The notes under the pieces: generated by a model
Told to the model about the DNA's origin: nothing
What the model saw: the letters and a program-made list of their open reading frames with translations, nothing else
Databases searched by the model: none
Made by a program: the position numbers and the translations under genes
DNA from: Minisyncoccota bacterium
GTDB lineage: Bacteria > Patescibacteriota > Minisyncoccia > Phycocordibacterales > UBA6065
Reading direction: 5' to 3'
Assembly: GCA_036400935.1 (NCBI GenBank)
Contig: DASWWW010000002.1
Coordinates: 63,939-127,938 of the forward strand
DNA length: 64,000 nucleotides
Shown here: positions 56,563-64,000 of the stretch, piece after piece
How the letters are laid out: the number at the start of each line of letters is the position of its first letter
Position numbering within the stretch: position 1 is the stretch's first letter

Positions 56563-57084
56563 ATGAAAACTCTTGAGAAACGCGAGTGGATTGGCGTAGC
56601 CGTAGCCGTCCTTGCGGCGACAATCCTCTTTTTCGGCCATACCATCTGGGGCTACATTACGGGAAGCAATCGCGCCGAGATGTCGCCGGCATCGCAAGAG
56701 ATCCTCTCCACGGCGGGCACGACGACGGCAATGGAGCTTTCCGCAACCAATATCTCTGCGGTTAAGGGCGTCGAGATCTACGACCTCCGCGTAGGAACGG
56801 GCACCGAGGCGGTCGCCGGCAAGAAAGTCACCGCGCACTACGTCGGAACCTTCCCTAACGGCACGAAATTCGACAGCTCGCTCGACCGCGGAACGCCTTA
56901 CACATTCACCCTCGGATCAGGCACCGTCATCAAGGGCTGGGACATCGGCATCACGGGCATGAGGCCAGGCGGCGTCCGCGCCCTCGTCATCTCGCCTGAG
57001 TACGGATACGGCAAGGCCATGATCGGCGAGATCCCCGCGAACTCGACCCTCGTGTTCCAGGTCCAGCTGATCGACGTTCAGTAA
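56563..57084 (+). CDS. FKBP-type peptidyl-prolyl cis-trans isomerase with N-terminal membrane anchor
   Basis: …VTAHYVGTFPNGTKFDSSLDRGTPYTFTLGSGTVIKGWDIGITGMRPGGVRALVI…. Confidence 0.88.
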   Translation: MKTLEKREWIGVAVAVLAATILFFGHTIWGYITGSNRAEMSPASQEILSTAGTTTAMELSATNISAVKGVEIYDLRVGTGTEAVAGKKVTAHYVGTFPNGTKFDSSLDRGTPYTFTLGSGTVIKGWDIGITGMRPGGVRALVISPEYGYGKAMIGEIPANSTLVFQVQLIDVQ

Positions 57085-57106
57085 ATTGTCAGAGCTACTT
57101 GGAAAT

Positions 57107-57138
57107 GAAAAAGGCCGCCTTTAAGGGGCGGTCTTTTG
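57107..57138. terminator. bidirectional terminator (GGCCGCC-loop-GGCGGTC, A5/T4 flanks)
   Basis: Lies between convergent genes. Confidence 0.55.
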
Positions 57139-57150
57139 ATTGGGGCACGA

Positions 57151-57513
57151 TCAGCACTTGAGACCTTGAGCAAAAGTGCTTACGGCTCCCTCAAGGCTAT
57201 CATCGGCCTGACTGAACCAAACCTCATCGGTGGCCTGATCAAGGCGCCAGGCGATATCGCAATCTGCCTCGGCCAAGACATGAAGCTGATTGTCCTGCGT
57301 GCAAACTCGCCCAACACTGCCCAACATGAGAAAGAGATTGTTCGGCTCAGCCGGTTCAACCGCCATCTGAGCGAATTTCCATGAAAGACCGTGGTCTTCG
57401 GGAAGGTTTAGGAGAGTTCTCAGCTTGGTATCTGCCTGGTTTACTAGAGCCAAGACCGCAGTAAGGCGATTAAGTCCCAGGTTTGTGAATTCAGTACTGA
57501 TTATAGATTTCAT
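57151..57513 (-). CDS. hypothetical protein (120 aa), monocistronic with consensus promoter and terminator
   Basis: Minus-strand promoter at 57586-57614 and terminator at 57107-57138. Confidence 0.55.
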   Translation of the reverse strand: MKSIISTEFTNLGLNRLTAVLALVNQADTKLRTLLNLPEDHGLSWKFAQMAVEPAEPNNLFLMLGSVGRVCTQDNQLHVLAEADCDIAWRLDQATDEVWFSQADDSLEGAVSTFAQGLKC

Positions 57514-57585
57514 TGTGATATGTGAAGGTGATTAGGACGAGCGAATATTCCCGCGCCCAAATCACCTCACACTCACTCTTATAAT

Positions 57586-57614
57586 ATTATACACCTAAAT
57601 ATAGTATATGTCAA
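57586..57614 (-). promoter_or_regulatory. consensus sigma-70 promoter TTGACA-N17-TATAAT
   Basis: Minus-strand read TTGACAtatactatatttaggtgTATAATattat. It shares AGGTGTATAATATTAT with the 22166 promoter and TATACTATATTT with the 30279 promoter. Confidence 0.6.
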
Positions 57615-57648
57615 TGTATATAATATGGCTCAACAGAGAGATATTAAT

Positions 57649-57684
57649 CAAGCAAAAGCCCTCTTATTAGAGGGCTTTTGCTTG
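57649..57684 (-). terminator. 16-bp-stem palindromic terminator after rpoD (CAAGCAAAAGCCCTCT-tatt-AGAGGGCTTTTGCTTG)
   Basis: Read directly. Confidence 0.65.
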
Positions 57685-57686
57685 TA

Positions 57687-58895
57687 TTAGTAGTTCTTCA
57701 GCTGGTTTATGCGCTCGTGCTGGCGGATCTTCTCGTGAGCCTTGGCCTCGATCTGGCGGATTCGCTCGCGGGTGACGCCGAATTCCTTGCCCACCTCCTC
57801 GAGGGTGTGGGTGATTCCGTCGTTCAAACCGTGTCGCATCTCGAGAATCTTGCGCTCCTTCGGCGAGAGGTCGTCGAGGATGTTTCGGACCTGATCGGCC
57901 AAAATGCGTCGCGACGATTCCTGGTCCGGAGACAGGATCTTGTCGTCAGAGAGGAAGTCGCCGAGGGTAGACTTGCCGTCGTCGCCGTCGTCCCCTACCG
58001 GGCTCTCAAGAGAGACGGTGTCCTGATCGATCTTCTCGATCTGATAGACCTTCTCCACCTCGAGTCCCATTTCGGTAGCGATCTCGTCCGGCAACGGGTC
58101 TCGCCCGAGGTCCTGCGAGAGCCGTCGCACGACCTGCTTGTACTTTGCGATGGTCTCAACCATGTGCACGGGCACGCGGATGGTTCGGGACTGGTCGGCG
58201 AGGGCACGGGTGATCGCCTGTCGGATCCACCATGTCGCGTATGTAGAGAATTTGAAGCCCTTGGACCAGTCGAACTTGTCGACGGCCTTGAACAGACCGA
58301 GGTTTCCCTCCTGGATGAGGTCGAGAAGGGTGAGGTCCGCCGAGCGGCCCACGTACTTCTTGGCAATCGATACCACGAGTCGGAGGTTCGCCTTTGCGAG
58401 CAAGCCCTTTGCCTCGTCGTCGCCCGCCTCGATGCGCTTTGCCAGCTCCTTTTCCATAGAAGCCGATACGAGCGGATACTGTCCGATCTCCTTCAGGTAC
58501 ATCTGGATAGAATCGTATGACGACTCGCTGCCTGCGCGGCCGAACGAGTACTTCTTGCCGTTCTCCTTTGCAGGAGGGTCGATGTCGAGCATGCCGCCCG
58601 ACTCGAGCACGTCGATGCCCGCGGTCGAGAATTTCGTATAGAGCTCGTCGAGGAACATAATGTCGTCCTCCACGGTCGGGAATTCCTTGAGAATCTCATC
58701 GTACGTGATGAAGCCCCTTTCCTTTCCCTTCAAAATGAGGCGGTCGGCCTTCCTGATGGCCTCCCTCGCCTTTTCCTTTGCCTTCGGAGATATTGCAGCT
58801 TTCGCCTTCGCCTTTTTAGGCGCGATTTTAGACGGCTTTGAAGCCCCCTTTTTATCAACCTTCTTTATGGATTTTTTGACGTTCTTTTTCGCCAT
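57687..58895 (-). CDS. rpoD: RNA polymerase sigma factor RpoD (Lys-rich N-terminal extension)
   Basis: Regions 2-4 (…DLIQEGNLGLFKAVDKFDW…, …LEEVGKEFGVTRERIRQIEAKA…). Confidence 0.92.
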   Translation of the reverse strand: MAKKNVKKSIKKVDKKGASKPSKIAPKKAKAKAAISPKAKEKAREAIRKADRLILKGKERGFITYDEILKEFPTVEDDIMFLDELYTKFSTAGIDVLESGGMLDIDPPAKENGKKYSFGRAGSESSYDSIQMYLKEIGQYPLVSASMEKELAKRIEAGDDEAKGLLAKANLRLVVSIAKKYVGRSADLTLLDLIQEGNLGLFKAVDKFDWSKGFKFSTYATWWIRQAITRALADQSRTIRVPVHMVETIAKYKQVVRRLSQDLGRDPLPDEIATEMGLEVEKVYQIEKIDQDTVSLESPVGDDGDDGKSTLGDFLSDDKILSPDQESSRRILADQVRNILDDLSPKERKILEMRHGLNDGITHTLEEVGKEFGVTRERIRQIEAKAHEKIRQHERINQLKNY

Positions 58896-58917
58896 GGGTG
58901 TTATTGTATCAAATCCG

Positions 58918-60654
58918 CTAAATCTTTTCCGTTAATGCCTTTATCTCCTGGATGCGCTTCGACAGGACCTGAATCTCCTGCATAAGCCCTCCGATGTCGC
59001 CCTTTCCTTTCTCCAATCTGTGAAGCAGGGCCATCTTCTCTTCCAGACTCCTCTTGGCGTACTCGCTTTCGAGATGGAGCATCAAGAGCTGATACTCCTT
59101 GTCCACCGATCCGTCGCCGTGAGTCACTTCCGCCTCGAGCGAGAGGCTCTCGATCTCGAGCTGCGGGAGCGCCTCGAAGGCTTTCGCCCTTTCCGGCCCG
59201 ACGATGGCGTACAGCGCCTTCTTCTTTGCCTCGTCGCCGCCGTAATACTTCTTCGAATGCATGATGCCGAGGACTTTCCTCTCTATCGATTCGATGCGCT
59301 CGACCTTCTTTGGCTGGGGCGAGGCTTGGGCCATGGCCGCCTTCTCGGGATTGAGCTTCACGTACGCCTGCAAGTCCTTCCAGAGGGCGTCCTCGCTGAT
59401 GGCGAGCTTTTCCGCGACCGTCTTGATCGCCTGGAACCGCTGCGTGTCGGCGGGAATCCTGCGGACGAACGGGAAGATATCCTGATTGATGAGCTTTCGC
59501 GCCTCGGTCGGCGAGGATTCCTTGTCCACGAACGAGTCGACGAGGAAATCGATGAAATGCTTCTTCGACTCCATCGCCTTTACCCAGTTCTTCGGGTCCT
59601 CCTTCACGATATCGGCCGGATCCTTGCCGCCCTTGATATCGATGATCTTGATATTCATGCCGAGAGAGATGGCCGTCATAAGTGAGATCGCTGGGACGAT
59701 GCGCTTTGCCGCCTTCTGCCCTGCCGCGTCGGAATCGAACGCTATTACGATATTGTCCGTAAGTCGCATGATGAGGCCGAGTCCCGACGACGGGCCGTCA
59801 TCCTCCGTGAACGCCGTGCCAGACGCCGCCACGGTGTTGGTAAAGCCCGCCTGATGGAGCATGACGCAATCCATCTGGCCCTCCACCAAAAGCACGTAAT
59901 CGCGCTTTCTAATGTCCTGCTTGGCCTTATCCAGCCCATAAAGGGTCTTGGACTTGCTGTAGAGGGCCGTTTCGGGGCTATTGAGGTATTTCGGCGACTT
60001 GTCGTCCGAAACCACGATACGGCCCGAATAGGCCACTACCCTGCCCGACGTGTCGCAGATCGGGAACATGATCCTTCCTCGGAATACGTCGTAGAACGGG
60101 TCGCCGCCCGGCTTGTCGGTGCGCTTGATCAAGCCCACCGCCTCGACGTCGGCGTCCCTGTACCCCTTCGTCCTCAAGTATGATCGCAACTGCCTCCAGT
60201 CGGCCGGCGCGTAGCCGACCCGGAAATGCTCGATCGTCTTTTCCGTCAATCCTCGCCCTACGATGTAGGCCTTGGCTGCTGCGTCCTTCTTAAGAGTCTC
60301 CTCATAGAAGACGGTAGCCGCCTCGAGAATCTCGTAAAGGATCTCCTTGCGATTGTCCTTGTTGGCGCCAGGACGAGCGAGAGAGACTCCCGCTCGGTCC
60401 GCAAGCACCTTCAAAGCGCCCGAGAAGTCCAGGCCTTCGAATTTCTCCACAAAGCTGAATATGTCTCCCTTCTCGCCGCAGCCGAAACAGTAGAACGAGT
60501 TTCGCTCGGGCGACACGTAGAAAGACGGGGTCTTCTCGTTATGGAAGGGGCAGCGCGCCTTGTAGTTCGCGCCCGACTTCTCAAGCTTTATGTAGGAGCT
60601 GAGTACCTCGACGATGCCGAGGCGCTCCTTTATGTCTTGCACATGAGTAGACAT
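58918..60654 (-). CDS. dnaG: DNA primase
   Basis: Zinc-binding CPFHNEKTPSF…CFGCGEKGD and TOPRIM (…LVEGQMDCV…). Confidence 0.9.
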   Translation of the reverse strand: MSTHVQDIKERLGIVEVLSSYIKLEKSGANYKARCPFHNEKTPSFYVSPERNSFYCFGCGEKGDIFSFVEKFEGLDFSGALKVLADRAGVSLARPGANKDNRKEILYEILEAATVFYEETLKKDAAAKAYIVGRGLTEKTIEHFRVGYAPADWRQLRSYLRTKGYRDADVEAVGLIKRTDKPGGDPFYDVFRGRIMFPICDTSGRVVAYSGRIVVSDDKSPKYLNSPETALYSKSKTLYGLDKAKQDIRKRDYVLLVEGQMDCVMLHQAGFTNTVAASGTAFTEDDGPSSGLGLIMRLTDNIVIAFDSDAAGQKAAKRIVPAISLMTAISLGMNIKIIDIKGGKDPADIVKEDPKNWVKAMESKKHFIDFLVDSFVDKESSPTEARKLINQDIFPFVRRIPADTQRFQAIKTVAEKLAISEDALWKDLQAYVKLNPEKAAMAQASPQPKKVERIESIERKVLGIMHSKKYYGGDEAKKKALYAIVGPERAKAFEALPQLEIESLSLEAEVTHGDGSVDKEYQLLMLHLESEYAKRSLEEKMALLHRLEKGKGDIGGLMQEIQVLSKRIQEIKALTEKI

Positions 60655-60795
60655 TTCGTTGTTGTGGCTATCCCGTAGTCACCGGCGTCTGCCGGAGCAC
60701 GGGTAATTCGTCTGGAACGAATTCCCTCACTCTCGCCCCGTCGGGCTCCGAGAGTCTCCGTCAGGCGCCGTGCCTACGGATCTATCCTCAACCAA

Positions 60796-63700
60796 CTATT
60801 CTGTTACGACTTCGTCCTTCGGCTGCATAGCCGCGATCATCTCGTTCTTTGGGCTGCCCTTGTATCCGGTACCTGCTGGGATGAGGCGTCCGATGATGAC
60901 GTTCTCCTTCAATCCCTGGAGCGAGTCCTCAGTTCCGCGGATAGCCGCAGAGATGAAGATTCGGGTGGTGTGCTGGAAGGAAGCTGCCGAGAGGAACGAC
61001 TGTCGGGAGAGCGATACTTCGGTGATTCCCATAACCACTGACTCCGATGTAGCCTCCGCCGTCTTCTCCGAAGCCTTTACCTTCTCGTTCTCGACGTTGA
61101 TATCGAATGCGTCTACGAGGTCGTCGATGGAGTACTTCGAGTCTCCCGCGCCGGTGACGCGTCGTCGTGAGAACATCTGCTTTACGATGATCTCGATGTG
61201 CTTTCGGGAAACGGTCTCTCCCTGGAGCTCGTAGATCTTTCCGATCTCTCGGATGATGTAGTCCATGGCTCGCTCCTTGCCCGCGTACTCGAATACCTCG
61301 TCGATATCCGCAGATCCGTCGGTGAGGAACTGTCCCTTGGCTACCTTGTCGCCTGCCTTAACGAGAGCCATGCGTCGTGACGAGAATGAGTACTCGATCT
61401 CCGCCGCGCCCTTCTTTGTCTTGCCCTTGTCCTCGAGGTCTGGGATTACGGAGATAACCTTCTCCTTTCCGAGATCCTTTACCGACGTGACGGTACCGCT
61501 GACAGTCGCGATAACGGCTGGGTTCTTTGGTCGTCGCTTCTCGAAGACCTCTTCGACGCGAGGAAGACCCGCGGTGATGTCTCCGCCGACCGACGCCGTA
61601 CCTCCGGCGTGGAAGGTACGCATCGTGAGCTGCGTTCCAGGCTCTCCGATCGCCTGAGCTGCGACGGTTCCGACCGCTTCGCCGATGTCTACGAGGTGGT
61701 TCTTGCCGAGGTCGATTCCGTAGCACTGCTTACATACGCCGTGGAGCGTCTTGCAAGCGAGAGGGCTGCGAACGTGGATCTCAGGAGCTCCCGAGTTCTC
61801 GATAGCCGCCGCGTCCTGCTTCGAGATAAGGGCGCCCTTCTTGAAGAGGACGTTGCCCTTCGCGTCAGCGACGTCGCGAGCGAGCACTCGTCCGCGGATG
61901 TTCTTTGCGATAGAGACCTCGATGCCTCCCGCCGACTCCTTCTTGATGACGATAGAATCCTTGGTTCCGCAGTCGTCCTCGGTGATCATGACGTCCTGAG
62001 CCACATCGAAGAGTCGTCGCGTGAGGTAACCCGCGCGAGCAGTGTTGAGAGCGGTGTCGGTAAGACCCTTACGAGCGCCGTGAGTAGTAATGAAGTACTC
62101 GATAGGAGTAAGGCCCTCCTTCATGCCAGAGATAATCGGGAATTCGATCGTCTCTCCGGCAGTGTTGGTAATGAGACCCTTCATTCCCACCATTTGGGTG
62201 ATGTTTCCGATCGAACCTCGGGCTCCCGATCGCACCATGTCGGTGACAGGCCCCTGAGCGTCCAATGAGTCTGGGATGAGCTTCTCGATGTCGGACTTGG
62301 CCTTGTGCCAGATCTCGACGTTCTTTCGGATGCGCTCGTCCTCAGAGAGGAGTCCGTCGTTGAACTGGTCGTTGACGGTCTCAGACTCTGCCTTTGCCTT
62401 TGTGATGACGCCTCCCTTGCCCTCCGGGGTTCGAACGTCGTCGATGCCCCATGTGATGCCAGAGTAGGTCGTGTAGGTGAATCCGAACTTCTTGATGTCG
62501 TTGAGGATCGCTGGGACCTTGTCGATAGAGTATCGAACGATGAGGTCGTCCATGATGCCCGCCATGACCTTTCGCTCTACGTCCTTGTTGATGTAAGGGT
62601 AGTCTGCAGGAAGAATGTTGTTGAAGAGGATTCGTCCGACGGTCGTCTCGAATACCTTGCCCTTCATCTCCGCGAACTTCGCGGTATCAGGAGCGAGGAC
62701 CTTTACGGCCGCGCGGTACGAGACCTCGTGGAAGTCAGAAGCGAGCACTGCCGCCTCCGGAGACTCGAAGATCTTGCCTTCGCCCTTCTCGCCCTTTACG
62801 GACTTGGTCATCCAGTACACTCCGAGAATGATGTCGAGCATCTTGTTCGTGAGGGTAAGGTCGCCAGATCCAGGCTTGAGAATGTTCTTGTCCGAGGCCA
62901 TGATCTCCTTCGCCTCTCGCTGCGCCTCTGGTGAGAGAGGGACGTGGACTGCCATCTGGTCTCCGTCGAAGTCCGCGTTGAAAGCAGAACACACGAGTGG
63001 GTGAACCTGGATAGCGTTTCCTTCGATGAGCTTTGGCTTGAAGGCCTGGATACCGAGTCGGTGGAGCGTAGGGGCTCGGTTGAGGAGCACGTACTTTCCG
63101 TCGATAACCTTCTCGAGGATCGCCCACACCTCCGGAATGCCGTCTTCGATCAATCGAGACGCGCCGCGGATGTTGTATGCGAGCTCTGACTTGAGGAGCT
63201 CAGAGATGACGAACGGCTTGAAGAGCTCGAGCGCCATGTGCTTTGGAAGTCCGCACTGGTCGAGAGCGAGGTCTGGGCCGACGACGATCACTGATCGTCC
63301 CGAGTAGTCCACGCGCTTACCGAGGAGGTTTCCTCGGAGGAGACCCCTCTTACCCTTGAGGTTGTCGGCGAGCGACTTGAGGGCGCGCTTTGAAGCGAGC
63401 GATCCTGCCGCGGTCGTTGAATTTCCGTGTCGAATAGAGTTGTCGATGAGTGCGTCTACCGCCTCCTGGAGGATTCGCTTCTCGTTTCGGAGGATGACGT
63501 CTGGCGCCATGATCTCCTTGAGCTTCGCGAGTCGGTTGTTTCGGTTGATGACGCGTCGGTAGAGATCGTTTACGTCAGATGTAGCGTAGCGTCCGCCGTC
63601 CAATGGAACCATCGGTCGGAGAGCTGGCGGGATGACTGGGATGCGAGAGAGGAACATCCACTCTGGGCGGATGCCTGACTTGATCATCGCTCGGACGACA

Positions 63701-64000
63701 GAGAGCCGTCGGTTCATCTTGTCCTTCTCGAGGCTGTTCGCCTTCTCGAGGGCAACGACGACCTGAGCTTCGAGCTTCTTGAGGTCGAGGGTCTTGCAGA
63801 TGTTGTAGATAGCTTCTGCGCCGATTCCCGCCTCGAACAATGTCGAGTATTTCATCGAGTACTTGCCGTATTCGACTTCGTCGAGAACGACTCCTTCCTG
63901 GATAGACTCGATCTCCTTCTTTGCGCCCGAGTACATGTCCTTCAAGGCCTGCTTTGTCTTCTCGTCGAGAAGGGTCTTTGACTTTGCCTTGAACTCTGAT
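60796..64000 (-). CDS. rpoC: DNA-directed RNA polymerase subunit beta', N-terminal portion outside the window
   Basis: NADFDGDQMAVHVP catalytic loop, trigger loop and C-terminal regions. The ORF is open through the window end. Confidence 0.95.
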   Translation of the reverse strand, partial: SEFKAKSKTLLDEKTKQALKDMYSGAKKEIESIQEGVVLDEVEYGKYSMKYSTLFEAGIGAEAIYNICKTLDLKKLEAQVVVALEKANSLEKDKMNRRLSVVRAMIKSGIRPEWMFLSRIPVIPPALRPMVPLDGGRYATSDVNDLYRRVINRNNRLAKLKEIMAPDVILRNEKRILQEAVDALIDNSIRHGNSTTAAGSLASKRALKSLADNLKGKRGLLRGNLLGKRVDYSGRSVIVVGPDLALDQCGLPKHMALELFKPFVISELLKSELAYNIRGASRLIEDGIPEVWAILEKVIDGKYVLLNRAPTLHRLGIQAFKPKLIEGNAIQVHPLVCSAFNADFDGDQMAVHVPLSPEAQREAKEIMASDKNILKPGSGDLTLTNKMLDIILGVYWMTKSVKGEKGEGKIFESPEAAVLASDFHEVSYRAAVKVLAPDTAKFAEMKGKVFETTVGRILFNNILPADYPYINKDVERKVMAGIMDDLIVRYSIDKVPAILNDIKKFGFTYTTYSGITWGIDDVRTPEGKGGVITKAKAESETVNDQFNDGLLSEDERIRKNVEIWHKAKSDIEKLIPDSLDAQGPVTDMVRSGARGSIGNITQMVGMKGLITNTAGETIEFPIISGMKEGLTPIEYFITTHGARKGLTDTALNTARAGYLTRRLFDVAQDVMITEDDCGTKDSIVIKKESAGGIEVSIAKNIRGRVLARDVADAKGNVLFKKGALISKQDAAAIENSGAPEIHVRSPLACKTLHGVCKQCYGIDLGKNHLVDIGEAVGTVAAQAIGEPGTQLTMRTFHAGGTASVGGDITAGLPRVEEVFEKRRPKNPAVIATVSGTVTSVKDLGKEKVISVIPDLEDKGKTKKGAAEIEYSFSSRRMALVKAGDKVAKGQFLTDGSADIDEVFEYAGKERAMDYIIREIGKIYELQGETVSRKHIEIIVKQMFSRRRVTGAGDSKYSIDDLVDAFDINVENEKVKASEKTAEATSESVVMGITEVSLSRQSFLSAASFQHTTRIFISAAIRGTEDSLQGLKENVIIGRLIPAGTGYKGSPKNEMIAAMQPKDEVVTE

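Overview
The window is mostly minus-strand housekeeping genes from a small-genome bacterium of about 55% GC. Truncated AlaRS, UvrC and Zwf, many orphan membrane-anchored hypotheticals and leaderless-looking starts point to a Patescibacteria/CPR-like lineage, but that is inference only. Recognisable loci: dnaK (3' end off window) and grpE; the ribosomal alpha-operon block infA-rpmJ-rpsM-rpsK-rpsD-rpoA-rplQ followed by rplM-rpsI; alaS, pepF, a family-4 UDG, ogt, mnmA, mltG, leuS, ychF, zwf with an NQO-like flavoprotein, ddl, uvrC/uvrA/uvrB all within 9 kb, tgt, a LOG-family gene, an FKBP, and rpoD-dnaG-rpoC (rpoC runs off the window). There are two solitary tRNA-Ala genes (GGC and UGC anticodons). 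I found no rRNA, CRISPR array, integrase or transposase. The accessory content is: (1) a DNA-repair island containing a Cas4-like Fe-S nuclease next to an ATP-cone::restriction-endonuclease-fold fusion; (2) a surface module with a 3x tandem-repeat secreted protein and a second doubly anchored protein, then a two-component system and an ECF sigma factor; (3) a small winged-helix regulator inside the uvr cluster whose start codon lies in a perfect 21-bp inverted repeat; (4) several orphan small genes driven by near-identical consensus sigma-70 promoters, one with a 190-nt structured leader preceded by a tiny hydrophobic ORF; (5) a tandem paralogous gene pair next to paired hairpin elements. Many Rho-independent terminators are readable by eye. 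Every call comes from reading ORF translations and sequence motifs directly. No database search was possible, so family assignments for unnamed proteins are motif-level only.
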